Shown: positions 38,580 to 48,954 of the stretch, piece after piece
Position numbering within the stretch: position 1 is the stretch's first letter
How the letters are laid out: each line of letters opens with the position of its first letter
Assembly (NCBI RefSeq): GCF_035538955.1
Contig: NZ_DATLJK010000013.1
Location: 159,922 to 223,921, forward strand
Length of the DNA stretch: 64,000 bases
Source: Hansschlegelia sp.
Lineage (GTDB): Bacteria; Pseudomonadota; Alphaproteobacteria; Rhizobiales; Methylopilaceae
Direction of reading: 5' to 3'
The notes under the pieces: generated by a model
What the model saw: the letters and a program-made list of their open reading frames with translations, nothing else
Told to the model about the DNA's origin: nothing
Databases searched by the model: none
Program-made: the position numbers and the translations under genes

Positions 38580-38634
38580 TCCGTTCCCCCCGGAGCGGCG
38601 TTACTTAAACCCCGCTGCGCGGGACCGGAAGACC

Positions 38635-38823
38635 TTAGTGCTTGCCGGACCTGTTCGCCTCTTCGATGGCGGCGTCATGGTACCAGCCGCTCGAGGCCAT
38701 GACCTTGACCTGAGGCTCCGGGGCCTGGCGCACAGCCGCCTGGACCGCGCGGGCGGAGATGAGGGCGCGCTGGCGGACGGGGAACTGGTAGATCTTCGCG
38801 GAGCCCTGGATGCTGTTTCTCAT
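38635..38823 (-). CDS. gstI: DUF2735 small protein, likely GstI-type glutamine synthetase II translation inhibitor
   Basis: SAKIYQFP and GWYHDAAI motifs; 62 aa and divergent from glnII, as described for rhizobial gstI. Confidence 0.7.
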   Translation of the reverse strand: MRNSIQGSAKIYQFPVRQRALISARAVQAAVRQAPEPQVKVMASSGWYHDAAIEEANRSGKH

Positions 38824-39086
38824 AGGCGTTTCTTCCGTTCTGCTCGTTCCCGCAATGTAGCATCGGCTGTCCGGAATTTAAGCGGACTGCCTAATCAAAA
38901 AGCAGCAATTGCTGAAACTACGTGCAGTGGCCGCTTTGCCGCAGCCGGAGGCGCCGGCGAAGCTGCGAGCGAAATGGCTGTCCGGCGTGTTTGGTTCCGC
39001 GCCGCCGCTTGCGGTCTCCTCGGGGGAAGGGACGGATGCGGTTCGGCGGCCTTGCTAAATGGCGTTCGGCGGAGCTGCGAGCCGCG

Positions 39087-39101
39087 TGGCACGCAAAATG
39101 C
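39087..39101 (+). promoter_or_regulatory. Sigma-54 (-24/-12) promoter of glnII
   Basis: TGGCACGCAAAATGC = GG-N10-GC, about 100 bp before glnII; relaxed NtrC-like TGC-N11-GCA at 38888-38904. Confidence 0.8.
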
Positions 39102-39198
39102 CTCTGATGGCCGCTTGAGCCGCGGGGCGTCGTGCGCCGGGGCTCGCCTGACCGATCGATTCCCTCAGATCGCATCATCGAAGTTTGAGAGACCCGCG

Positions 39199-40236
39199 AT
39201 GACGAAGTATAAGCTTGAGTATATTTGGCTCGACGGGTACACGCCGGTGCCGAACCTGCGTGGAAAGACGCAGATCAAGGAATTCGACGCCTTCCCGACG
39301 CTGGAACAGCTGCCGCTGTGGGGCTTCGACGGTTCTTCCACCCAGCAGGCCGAGGGCCACAGCTCGGATTGCGTGCTGAAGCCGGTCGCGGTCTATCCGG
39401 ACCCGGCGCGCACCAATGGCGTGCTGGTCATGTGCGAGGTCATGATGCCGGACGGCGTCACGCCGCACGCCTCTAATAAGCGCGCCACCATCCTCGACGA
39501 CGAGGGCGCCTGGTTCGGCTTCGAGCAGGAATATTTCTTCTACAAGGACGGCCGCCCCCTCGGCTTCCCGGTCGAGGGCTATCCGGCCCCGCAGGGCCCC
39601 TATTACACCGGCGTCGGCTTCAAGAACGTCGGCTCGATCGCGCGCCAGATCGTCGAGGAGCACCTCGATCTGTGCCTCGCGGCGGGCATCAACCATGAGG
39701 GCATCAACGCGGAAGTCGCGAAGGGCCAGTGGGAGTTCCAGATCTTCGGCAAGGGCTCGCGCAAGGCCGCCGACGAGATGTGGATGGCGCGATACCTGCT
39801 GCTGCGCCTGACCGAGAAGTACGGCGTCGACATCGAGTTCCACTGCAAGCCGCTCGGCGACACCGACTGGAACGGCTCGGGCATGCACTGCAACTTCTCG
39901 ACCGAGTATATGCGCACGGTTGGCGGCAAGGCCTATTTCGAGGCGCTGATGGCGCAGTTCGACAAGAACCTCGACGACCACATCGCGGTTTACGGCCCGG
40001 ACAACCACATGCGCCTGACCGGCAAGCACGAGACCGCGCCGTGGAACAAGTTCTCCTACGGCGTGGCCGACCGGGGCGCGTCGATCCGGGTGCCGCACTC
40101 CTTCGTCAAGAATGACTACAAGGGCTATCTCGAGGACCGCCGCCCGAACTCGCAGGGCGACCCCTACCAGATCGCCAGCCAGGTCCTGAAGACGATCTCC
40201 GAGGTTCCGACCGAGGCGGCCGCCGCCGCGGCCTGA
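39199..40236 (+). CDS. glnII: Glutamine synthetase II
   Basis: MTKYKLEYIWLDG, WGFDGSST, DWNGSGMH, RLTGKHET, YLEDRRPNS. Confidence 0.97.
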   Translation: MTKYKLEYIWLDGYTPVPNLRGKTQIKEFDAFPTLEQLPLWGFDGSSTQQAEGHSSDCVLKPVAVYPDPARTNGVLVMCEVMMPDGVTPHASNKRATILDDEGAWFGFEQEYFFYKDGRPLGFPVEGYPAPQGPYYTGVGFKNVGSIARQIVEEHLDLCLAAGINHEGINAEVAKGQWEFQIFGKGSRKAADEMWMARYLLLRLTEKYGVDIEFHCKPLGDTDWNGSGMHCNFSTEYMRTVGGKAYFEALMAQFDKNLDDHIAVYGPDNHMRLTGKHETAPWNKFSYGVADRGASIRVPHSFVKNDYKGYLEDRRPNSQGDPYQIASQVLKTISEVPTEAAAAAA

Positions 40237-40258
40237 GCGCGGAAGGCTTCACAACGCA

Positions 40259-40292
40259 AAACGGCGCCGGACGGAGACGTCCGGCGCCGTTT
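40259..40292. terminator. Bidirectional intrinsic terminator
   Basis: Perfect 15-bp stem AAACGGCGCCGGACG / CGTCCGGCGCCGTTT with GAGA loop between convergent genes; T- and A-rich flanks. Confidence 0.9.
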
Positions 40293-40306
40293 CTGTTTTC
40301 GCCGCG

Positions 40307-41767
40307 TCAGCCGCGGCCGGCGAAGATGTCCTTCTTCACCACCGCATGGACGCCCCAGTTGCCGTCGACGACCTGGGTCACGCCAAAATCGACGCCGATC
40401 GACATCAGCGACACCGCCTCGTCTTCGGTCAGCTTCTGCGTGTCCATCAGGAAGCGACGCATCTTGCGGAAGGCGTCGCGCATCGCGAGGTCGACCGACG
40501 ACTTGCCGTAGATCGCCGACTGCGCCTCCGGCCCGAGCTCCTTCAGGTAGTTGGCGAAGGAGAAGCCGTGGACGAGCCACTCGTCCTGGGTCTCCAGCAT
40601 CGGGTAGTCCAGGCCCTCGAGCGGCGTGCCCGGCAGGTCGGCCTTCTTGTGCAGGATCAGCTGGAACACGCCGGTGAGCGAGCATTCGATTGCGGTGCCG
40701 CAGAGCTCGCTGTCGCCTTGGCTCGCGTGCGGGTCGCCGACCGACAGCAGCGCGCCCTCGACCGCGACCGGGTAGTACATCGTCGCGCCCTTGCCGATGC
40801 GCCAGTTGTCGATGTTGCCGCCGACATGGTTCGGCGGGATCGTGTCGACGAACTCGGCCTCGGCCGGAGCGAGCCCCAGCGTGCCGAAATGCGGCCGGAT
40901 CGGCACGCGCACGCCCTTGAGCACGTCGAAGTTGCGGCTGGTCTTTGAATGGTCGACCGGCACGCCCGGATAGTCGATCGTGTCGTGCGTCACCCCGTAT
41001 GGGTCGGTCTGCGGAACCCATTTGAAGTTGTAGACCGCCTGCGCCCAGCTCTTCGATCCGGTGGCGTCGACCTCGTAGATCGTGACCATCTCGCGCTTCG
41101 CGCCGCCGAGCATGTCGTTGTAGTGGTAGCCCCACCAGGCGGCGGCGTTGGAGCCGAACGCCTTGCCCTTGAATTTGGGGTTGGCGCAGGGCCGCGGCGC
41201 GCAGTCCAGGATCCGCACCTCGAGCACGTCGCCGGGCTCCGCCCCGCGGACATAGACCGGCCCGGTCATGACGTGGACGCCTTGGCCCTCGCCGGAGCCC
41301 TTCTTGTAGACCTTGGGGTCAGTCGGGCCGGCGCCGCGGCGGTCGACGCCCTTCTTGTCGTTGGTCCAGAGGAACACGCTCTCGGCGCCCGGATCGCCCT
41401 CGACCATGCGCTCGGCGTCGTCGTTGGCGTGATGGGTCAGCGTCTCGATCGTGACGATGTCGCCGGACTCGATCTCGACCCGCGGCTTCAGCGATTTCGA
41501 GAAATAGCCCCAGTGCACCGTGTCGGCGTTCGCCGGCAGATAATGGTGCTTGCGCTCGCCCGGCGCGCGGGCGGCCGAGGCCTGCGCGAGCGCCGGCGTG
41601 ACCAGCGAGGCTGCGCCGGCGGCGCCGAGCGTCGCCAGGCCCCCGGCCGCCACGAAGGAGCTTTTCAGGAAGCCGCGCCGCTCGGCGCTCAGCTCCTCCT
41701 TGAAGGCGCGGTAGTGAAGCTGAAATTCAGGGCAGTTGGCGTCGTCGCCGCGGCACATGCGCGTCAT
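40307..41767 (-). CDS. Acetamidase/formamidase family protein with twin-arginine leader
   Basis: TVHWGYF, GGNIDN, LSVGDPHASQGDSELCGTAIE; ERRGFLK followed by a hydrophobic stretch and AQA. Confidence 0.9.
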   Translation of the reverse strand: MTRMCRGDDANCPEFQLHYRAFKEELSAERRGFLKSSFVAAGGLATLGAAGAASLVTPALAQASAARAPGERKHHYLPANADTVHWGYFSKSLKPRVEIESGDIVTIETLTHHANDDAERMVEGDPGAESVFLWTNDKKGVDRRGAGPTDPKVYKKGSGEGQGVHVMTGPVYVRGAEPGDVLEVRILDCAPRPCANPKFKGKAFGSNAAAWWGYHYNDMLGGAKREMVTIYEVDATGSKSWAQAVYNFKWVPQTDPYGVTHDTIDYPGVPVDHSKTSRNFDVLKGVRVPIRPHFGTLGLAPAEAEFVDTIPPNHVGGNIDNWRIGKGATMYYPVAVEGALLSVGDPHASQGDSELCGTAIECSLTGVFQLILHKKADLPGTPLEGLDYPMLETQDEWLVHGFSFANYLKELGPEAQSAIYGKSSVDLAMRDAFRKMRRFLMDTQKLTEDEAVSLMSIGVDFGVTQVVDGNWGVHAVVKKDIFAGRG

Positions 41768-41846
41768 CCCCGTTGGCGTTCATCGGACGATGAGGTCCGG
41801 CGCAGGGATGAGCAAGCGCGGCGCCAGCCGGAGCCAGCGGCTCGCC

Positions 41847-42917
41847 TTATTCCCCCGGCACGATCTCCGGGCGCGGGGCGCGGCGGTTGTCGCGGATCGC
41901 GCCGAGCAGGCGGCCGGTGACGTGCCAGAAGCCGCGGTGGCTGCCCTTGTGGTAGGGGCTTTCGGGCGGCAGCGCCTCGCACAGGCGGCGGTGGGCGGCG
42001 CCCAGCGCGTGATAGGGCAGCCGCGGCAGCAGATGGTGCAGGCCGTGATAGCGCAGGCCGACGGGGGCCCAGAGCATCGGCAGCGTCGAGGGCGGCGGCA
42101 CGTTCACGCTGTCCAAGAACTGGCCGGTCGAGCTCATCTCGTCGCCCTTGTTCTCCCAGTGATGGGCGACGAGGGTGCGCAGCTGGTTGATCACCGCGAC
42201 CGCGGAGCCGAGCGCGAGCGCCGTCAGGAACACCCGCAGCGGGATCACGCCCGCGATCGTCAGGCCGACGAAGCTGAGCGCCCACAGGCTGCACAGCGTC
42301 TCCAGGAGAATCCAGAGCGGGCGCTGCGCGTCGGTCGGGTGGTCGCGGATGAAGGCCGGGTTGATCGCCAGCGCCGAGCAGCGCTCCACCACGAATTTGC
42401 GCACCGGCGGCACGAGCGCGGCGAGCGGCGTCAGGATCCCGAAGCGGATCAGCAGGCCGACCGGCGCGAGCGCCGAGATCGCGATGAAGCCGATCACGTG
42501 CCACACCGTCTGACGAGCGAGCGGCATGTATTCCGGGTCGAGCGCGGTGCCGTAGCGCGACTTGGCGTGATGCTGGTTGTGCACGCCCTCATACATCAGG
42601 GACGGCACCAGATAGGGCACGCCGATCAGCGCGTTGTAGCCCGCCTTGAAGCCCGGCACGTCCTGCGGCCGCAGGTGGCTGACCTCGTGAATGAAGCTGA
42701 CGCCGCGGTAGAAGGCGAGCGCCGAGACCACGAAGGCGGCCGCGCGCTCGAGCCCGGTCGGCAGCAGCAGCGCGCCCGCGAAGGCTGCATAGGCGACGAG
42801 CGCCGTGAGGATCAGGTCGGCCCAATAGATAACGGGCCTCGCGGCGGCGAGGTCGGCGGTCAGCTTGTGCGCGGTCGCGACGAGCGCGCGCTCGGAAGCG
42901 GCGGTGGTGGGCTGCAT
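41847..42917 (-). CDS. Membrane fatty-acid desaturase family protein
   Basis: Three His boxes: HEVSH, HNQHH, HGLHH; hydrophobic segments; start uncertain (42917 or upstream). Confidence 0.88.
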   Translation of the reverse strand: MQPTTAASERALVATAHKLTADLAAARPVIYWADLILTALVAYAAFAGALLLPTGLERAAAFVVSALAFYRGVSFIHEVSHLRPQDVPGFKAGYNALIGVPYLVPSLMYEGVHNQHHAKSRYGTALDPEYMPLARQTVWHVIGFIAISALAPVGLLIRFGILTPLAALVPPVRKFVVERCSALAINPAFIRDHPTDAQRPLWILLETLCSLWALSFVGLTIAGVIPLRVFLTALALGSAVAVINQLRTLVAHHWENKGDEMSSTGQFLDSVNVPPPSTLPMLWAPVGLRYHGLHHLLPRLPYHALGAAHRRLCEALPPESPYHKGSHRGFWHVTGRLLGAIRDNRRAPRPEIVPGE

Positions 42918-43076
42918 CTGGTCCGGCGGGTTCCTTCTTCGGCCGCCTGCGGGCGGCGCGAAGCGCAACGATGTCGTGCCGCAACATAGCATTTGCGGGC
43001 GCCGGCGCACAGGGCGGCCGGGTTCACGACGCGCAACGGAGCATTGCGGCCGGCGGGCCCTGCGGGCGGCAGCCGG

Positions 43077-45881
43077 CTATTTGGCGGCCGTCGCGCGCTT
43101 GTCGTCGGCCTGCAGGGCCGCCATCAGCCGGCTGCGGATCGAGCCCTGCCGGGCGGCGCTCGCGATCTTCGCCCCGGTCAGATCGGTGACGTAGAACACG
43201 TCGACCGCGCGCTCGCCGAAGGTCGCGACATGCGCCGAGGCGATGTTGAGGTTGAGGCGGGAGATCGCGTTGGTGAGGTCGTAGAGCAGGCCGGGCCGGT
43301 CCAGACAGACGATCTCCAGCACGGTATGGCGGTCCGACCAGGCGTTGGTGACGGTCACCTCCGGCGGAATTTCGAAGGCGCGCGGCCGGCTCTTGGCGGA
43401 GCTACGCGTCTTGTTCGCGACGATGTCGAACAGCCGGATCTCGCCGCGCAGCGACTGCTCGATGTTCTCCGCGATGCGGCGGGCGCGGCGCAGCTCGTCC
43501 TCGTCCTCCGGGAAGGCGCGGCCGATGAAGATCGTGTCGAGAGCGAAGCCGTCGGTCGTGGTGTTGATGTGCGCGTCCATGATGTTCGCGCCCGCCGCCG
43601 CGCAGGCGCCTGCGATCACCGACAGCAGCTTCGGGTGGTCGGGCGCGAGGACGGTGAGCTCGGTGACGCCGCGGAAGGCGTCGGTCGCGACATCGGTCGC
43701 GAGCTTCTCGCCGGCCGCGTCGGCGCGCGCGATGAAGCGGGCGTGCCGCGCCGCGCGCTCCGGCTCGGCCTTCAGCCAGTAAGGCGCGTAGTGGCGCTGC
43801 GCGTAGGCCTCGAATTCCGGGTCCGTCCAGTCGGACAGGCGCTGGCGCAGATCGTTCTTGGCCTGCTCGACGAGGCTCTTGCGGTCGCCGGCGGAATGGC
43901 CGCCGGTCAGCACCGTCTCGGTCTCCCAGTAGAGCGTGCGCAGCAGCTGGCCCTTCCAGCCGTTCCACACTCCCGGACCGACCGCCTTGATGTCCGCGAT
44001 GGTCAGGATGAACAGCATCTTGAGCCGTTCCGGGCTCTGCACGATCTTGGCGAAGTCCTCGATCGTCCGGCGGTCGGACAAGTCGCGCGACTGGGCGACG
44101 ATCGACATCGTCAGATGCTGCTCGATCAGCCAGGCGACGGTGTCCGTCTGGGCCGGCGTCAGCCCGAGCCGCGGACACAGCCGGCGGGCGATGCGGGCGC
44201 CGGCGATCGAGTGGTCCTCCGGCCGCCCCTTGGCGACGTCATGCAGGAACAGCGCGACGTAGAGCGCGACCCGGTCCCTCAGCGTCGGCATCATCTCGTT
44301 GGCGAGCGGGTGCGAGTCGGCGGACTCGCGGGCGTCGATCTCCGACAGCACGCCGATCGCCCGCAGCAGATGCTCGTCCACCGTGTAGTGGTGGTACATG
44401 TTGAACTGCATCATCGCGACGATGCGGCCGAAATCCGGGATGAAGCGGCCGAGCACGCCGGTCTCGTTCATCCGCCGCAGCACTTTTTCGGGACTGCGGC
44501 GCGAGGTCAGGATCTCGAGGAACAGCGCGTTCGCTTCCGGATTCTCGCGCAGCGTCCCGTCGACCAGCTTGAGGCATTTGGTGATCAGCCGGATCGCGTC
44601 CGGATGGAAGGCGAGGCCGTGCGCGCCGGCGATCTTGAAGAACCGGATCAGATCCACCGGATTGCGAGCGAACACGCCTTCGTCGCGGACGTTGAGGCGG
44701 TCGTCCTCGATGATGAAGCTGTCGCTCTCGTCGACGACCTTGGGCTTGCGCTTGCGGAAGCGGGTCAGGAAGCGGTCAAGCCGCGGCTTGGGCTTCTCCT
44801 GCCGGGCTTCCAGCGCGTGGCAGAGGATCGCAGTGAGGTCGCCGACGTCCTTCGCCACCAGGAAGTAGTGCTTCATGAAGCGCTCGACGTCGCGCAGGCC
44901 CGGATGCTCGGTGTAGCCGAGCGCGACCGCGATCTCGCGCTGCAGGTCGAAGGACAGCCGGTCCTCTGGCCGGCCGGTGATGAAGTGCAGATGGCAGCGC
45001 ACCGCCCAGAGGAAGTCCTCGCACTTCTTGAACAGCCGAAGCTCCGCGGCGGAGAAGATGCCCTTGCCGACGAGGTCGTCGGCGTCGCGCACCCGGCAGA
45101 CATATTTGGCGATCCAGAACAGCGTGTTGAGGTCGCGCAGCCCGCCCTTGCCCTCCTTGACGTTGGGCTCGACCAGATAGCGCGAGGCGCCGGCGCGGCC
45201 GAGGCGCTCGTCCCGCTCGGCGAGCTTTGCGGCGGCGAACTCCGCGGCGCGGCCCTCGATCACCTCGGCGTCGAAGCGGCGGGTGAGCTCCTCGAACAGC
45301 TGCTCGTCGCCCGTGATGCGGCGCGCCTCCAGCACCGCAGTGCGGATCGTCATGTCGGCGTGCGACAGGCGGATGCACTCGTCGACCGAGCGGGTCGCGT
45401 GGCCGACCTTCAGGCCCATGTCCCACAGCACGTAGAGCATCGCCTCGACGACGCTCTCGCCCCAGGCGGTCTGCTTGTAAGGAAGCAGGAACAGCAGATC
45501 GACGTCGGAGCCCGGCGCCATCGAGCCGCGGCCGTAGCCGCCGACCGCAACGACCGCGAGCCGCTCGCCCGAAGTCGGGTTCACGCGCGGATAGAGGTCG
45601 GTCGTGGCGTGGTGGAACAGCGCGATCACCACCGCGTCCATCAGGCGCGACAGGCGCTGCGCACAGGCCGTGCCGGCGCCGTCCTCGTTCAGCCAGAGCC
45701 GGGCGGTCTCGCGGCCGGCGGCGAGCGTCTGCTTGAGGTGCGCCACCACGGCGAGGCGAAGCGCGTTCGGGTCGCCGCGATGCCGCGCGGAAAGCTCCGT
45801 CAGCTCGCGCGACAACACGGCGCTGTCGGCCAGTTCACGGGCGTTGCGCGCGACGCGCAGGCGTTGGCGGACGGTCGACAT
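43077..45881 (-). CDS. glnD: [Protein-PII] uridylyltransferase
   Basis: AVGGYGRG..APGSDVDLLFL, NVKEGKGGLRD, HHYTVDEH, HD motif, two ACT domains. Confidence 0.98.
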   Translation of the reverse strand: MSTVRQRLRVARNARELADSAVLSRELTELSARHRGDPNALRLAVVAHLKQTLAAGRETARLWLNEDGAGTACAQRLSRLMDAVVIALFHHATTDLYPRVNPTSGERLAVVAVGGYGRGSMAPGSDVDLLFLLPYKQTAWGESVVEAMLYVLWDMGLKVGHATRSVDECIRLSHADMTIRTAVLEARRITGDEQLFEELTRRFDAEVIEGRAAEFAAAKLAERDERLGRAGASRYLVEPNVKEGKGGLRDLNTLFWIAKYVCRVRDADDLVGKGIFSAAELRLFKKCEDFLWAVRCHLHFITGRPEDRLSFDLQREIAVALGYTEHPGLRDVERFMKHYFLVAKDVGDLTAILCHALEARQEKPKPRLDRFLTRFRKRKPKVVDESDSFIIEDDRLNVRDEGVFARNPVDLIRFFKIAGAHGLAFHPDAIRLITKCLKLVDGTLRENPEANALFLEILTSRRSPEKVLRRMNETGVLGRFIPDFGRIVAMMQFNMYHHYTVDEHLLRAIGVLSEIDARESADSHPLANEMMPTLRDRVALYVALFLHDVAKGRPEDHSIAGARIARRLCPRLGLTPAQTDTVAWLIEQHLTMSIVAQSRDLSDRRTIEDFAKIVQSPERLKMLFILTIADIKAVGPGVWNGWKGQLLRTLYWETETVLTGGHSAGDRKSLVEQAKNDLRQRLSDWTDPEFEAYAQRHYAPYWLKAEPERAARHARFIARADAAGEKLATDVATDAFRGVTELTVLAPDHPKLLSVIAGACAAAGANIMDAHINTTTDGFALDTIFIGRAFPEDEDELRRARRIAENIEQSLRGEIRLFDIVANKTRSSAKSRPRAFEIPPEVTVTNAWSDRHTVLEIVCLDRPGLLYDLTNAISRLNLNIASAHVATFGERAVDVFYVTDLTGAKIASAARQGSIRSRLMAALQADDKRATAAK

Positions 45882-45987
45882 CGAGATTCGCGCAGCCGGG
45901 CTTTGGTCAGAAGCCGCGAAACATAGGGGGCAACCGGTTAAGGCGCCATGGCGGGAAGCGTGGTGTTTGCGCGCGGGGCGGTCATGC

Positions 45988-48666
45988 TCAGTTCTTCCGC
46001 AGCGCCTTCAGCCGGTAGAGCGCGTCGAGCGCCTCGCGCGGCGTGAGGGCGTCGGGGTCGATGGCGTCGATCGCCTCGATCGCCGGGTCCGCCTCCGGCG
46101 CGGGCTTCGCGCGGGTGGTTGCGAACAGCGGCAGGTCATCGATCAAGCGCTCGACCGGCGACGCCCGGTCGGCGGCCTCAAGCTCGTCCAGAACCGCCTT
46201 GGCGCGCTTGACGACTGCGGCCGGCAGCCCGGCGAGCTTCGCGACCTGGATGCCATAGGAGCGGTCGGCGACGCCCGGCGCGACCTCGTGCAGGAACACC
46301 ACCTCGCCCTTCCATTCGGCCACCCGCACGGTCGCGTTCCTCAGCCGAGGCAGGCGCTTGCTGAGCGCGGTCAGCTCATGGAAGTGGGTGGCGAACAGCG
46401 CTCGGCAGCGATTGACCTCATGCAGGTGCTCGATCGCCGCCCAGGCGATGGAGAGGCCGTCGAACGTCGCTGTGCCGCGGCCGATCTCGTCGAGGATGAC
46501 GAGCGCGCGCGGGCCCGCCGAGTTCAGGATCGCTGCGGTCTCGACCATCTCGACCATGAAGGTCGATCGGCCGCGGGCGAGGTCGTCGGCCGCCCCGACG
46601 CGGCTGAACAGCCGGTCGACGGCGCCGATATGGGCTGAGGCCGCGGGCACGAAGGCGCCGGCCTGCGCCAGCACTGCGCACAGCGCGGCCTGCCGGAGAT
46701 AGGTCGACTTGCCGCCCATGTTGGGCCCGGTGACGAGCTGGATCAGCCCGCCCGCCGCGTCGGGCGCGGAGAGGTCTACGTCATTCGCCACGAACGGCTT
46801 GCCCTCGCGGCGAAGCGCCGCCTCGACCACCGGGTGGCGGGCCGCCTGGAGCCGGAACTCGAGGCTGTCGTCGACATGCGGCCGCGTCAGGTTCTGCTCG
46901 ACGGCGACCTCGGCGAGCCCCGCCGCGACGTCGAGCGCGGCGAGCGCCTCGGCGCAGGCGCGGCACGAGTCCCAACTCCCGGTGACGCGGGCGGCGAGCC
47001 GGTCGAAGGTTGCGAGCTCGCAGCGCAGCACGGTGTCGGCGGCTTCCGAGATGCGCCGCTCAAGATCGCCGAGCTCCGTCGTGGTGAAGCGCATCGCGCC
47101 CGCCATGGTCTGGCGGTGCACGAAGGTCTCGGCGTGCGGCGTCTTCAGCAGCCGTTCGCCGTGCTGCTGGGGGACCTCGATAAAATAGCCCAGCACGTTG
47201 TTGTGCTTGATGCGCAGCGTGCGGATTTCGGTGGCGTCGGCATAGGCCGCCTGCAGGCCCGCGATGACCTTGCGGCTCTCGTCGCGCAGGGAGCGCGTGC
47301 CGTCGAGCTCGGCGTCGCAGCCATGCCGCACGAAGCCGCCGTCGCGCTTGTTGAGCGGCAACTCGTCGGCGAGCGTCGCGGCGAGCTCCTCGGCGAGCGC
47401 GTGGTCGGCGGCGGCGAGCGCGGCGGCGATCGCCGTGAGCTCGTCGGGCGCGTCGGCGAGCGCGCCGAGGCGCTCGGCCAACGCCTCGGCTGCCTTGAGC
47501 GCGTCGCGGATCGCGGCTAGGTCGCGCGGACCGCCGCGGCCGAAGGCGACGCGCTGCGCCGCCCGCGCAAGGTCCGGCGCGCGTGACAGCGAAGCCCGGA
47601 CGGCGCGGCGAAGCTCCGGCGCCTCGATCAGCGCCTGAACCGCGTCATGACGCGCCGCGATCGCGGCGGGATCGAGCAGCGGGCCGGCGATGCGCTGGGC
47701 GAGCAGGCGCGAGCCGCCGGCGGTGACGCAGCGGTCGACGGCGTCGAGCAGGCTGCCCTCGCGTTCGCCCGAGAGCCGGCGCGTCAGCTCCAGATTGGCC
47801 CGGGTGGCGGCGTCGATCTCCATCACCGAGCCGCGGCCCTCGCGGACCGGACGCGCCAGCGGCGGCCGGCTTGCGAGCTGCGTGCGCTCCAAATAGCCGA
47901 CGATCATCGCCGCGGCCGAAAGCTCCGGGCGGGTGAGACCGAAGGCGTCGGCGGCCGCAACCGCGAAGTGGCGCGCGAGGCGGGCGTCCGCCCGCGCGGG
48001 ATCGGACAGGTCGCGGCCGACCGGCGTCACCGCCGCGCGGGTCTCGCCGAGCGCCGGCGCAAGTTCGTCGACGAGCGCTTCCGGAACCAGGATTTCGGAG
48101 GGATCGCGCCGCGAGAGCGCCGCGCCGAGATCAGCCGGCGAGGCCTCCCCGGCCGAGAACGCGCCGGTCGAGACGTCCACCTGCGCGACGCCGAAAGCGA
48201 TGCCGCCGGCTTCCGAACGGCCGCGCGCGACCGCGACCAGCAGGTTCGCGGCGCGCGGCTCGAGCAGCGCGTCCTCGGTCAGCGTGCCGGGGGTGACGAG
48301 TCGCACCACATCGCGCCGCACGACGGATTTCGCGCCGCGCTTGCGGGCTTCCTTGGGATCTTCGGTCTGCTCGCAGACCGCGACCCGGAAGCCCGCCGCG
48401 ATCAGGCGCTGGAGATAGTCGTCGGCGCGCTCGACTGGCACGCCGCACATCGGGATGTCCTCGCCGAGGTGCTTGCCGCGCTTGGTCAGCGCGATGCCGA
48501 GCGCGCGGCTCGCGACCTCCGCGTCCTCGAAGAACATCTCGTAGAAGTCGCCCATCCGGTAGAACAGCAGGCAGTCCGGATTGGCCGACTTGATCTCGAT
48601 ATACTGCTCCATCATCGGCGTCGCGCGCGCCGGAGGAGCGGAGGCCGTGCTCGCAAGTTCCTCCAT
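45988..48666 (-). CDS. mutS: DNA mismatch repair protein MutS
   Basis: [43 protein letters not shown]. Confidence 0.98.
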   Translation of the reverse strand: MEELASTASAPPARATPMMEQYIEIKSANPDCLLFYRMGDFYEMFFEDAEVASRALGIALTKRGKHLGEDIPMCGVPVERADDYLQRLIAAGFRVAVCEQTEDPKEARKRGAKSVVRRDVVRLVTPGTLTEDALLEPRAANLLVAVARGRSEAGGIAFGVAQVDVSTGAFSAGEASPADLGAALSRRDPSEILVPEALVDELAPALGETRAAVTPVGRDLSDPARADARLARHFAVAAADAFGLTRPELSAAAMIVGYLERTQLASRPPLARPVREGRGSVMEIDAATRANLELTRRLSGEREGSLLDAVDRCVTAGGSRLLAQRIAGPLLDPAAIAARHDAVQALIEAPELRRAVRASLSRAPDLARAAQRVAFGRGGPRDLAAIRDALKAAEALAERLGALADAPDELTAIAAALAAADHALAEELAATLADELPLNKRDGGFVRHGCDAELDGTRSLRDESRKVIAGLQAAYADATEIRTLRIKHNNVLGYFIEVPQQHGERLLKTPHAETFVHRQTMAGAMRFTTTELGDLERRISEAADTVLRCELATFDRLAARVTGSWDSCRACAEALAALDVAAGLAEVAVEQNLTRPHVDDSLEFRLQAARHPVVEAALRREGKPFVANDVDLSAPDAAGGLIQLVTGPNMGGKSTYLRQAALCAVLAQAGAFVPAASAHIGAVDRLFSRVGAADDLARGRSTFMVEMVETAAILNSAGPRALVILDEIGRGTATFDGLSIAWAAIEHLHEVNRCRALFATHFHELTALSKRLPRLRNATVRVAEWKGEVVFLHEVAPGVADRSYGIQVAKLAGLPAAVVKRAKAVLDELEAADRASPVERLIDDLPLFATTRAKPAPEADPAIEAIDAIDPDALTPREALDALYRLKALRKN

Positions 48667-48954
48667 CAGCTTAAGCGAAAGCTCGTCATGGGCCGCAGAC
48701 CCTCGGCCGAGGCAGCCGGCCGCCGCGCCTGAACAGGTTCCATCACGTCGCTTGAGCGCGCCACGCGCCGTAACGCCGCTCGGTCAGGGGAATCGCGTAT
48801 CGGGCTGAGACGTGAAGCCGCGCGAGCGCCTCTGCCGGCAGCGCCAGCCGCGCCGAACCGCAATCGCGCGCGAGTTTGATCGCGATCATCGTTGGCTCCC
48901 CCCGCAGCCTTACTGACGTAAGTCAGAACAGGATGCTCCCGCAACGTCGCCCCG

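Noticed and set aside
38903-38914. CAGCAATTGCTG as a third copy of the 59489/60576 motif
   Set aside because: The half-sites abut (no 4-nt spacer), so the dyad geometry differs.
48666-48944. 92-aa ORF between hemW and mutS
   Set aside because: Arg/Ala-rich low-complexity translation with no recognisable motif; likely spurious.
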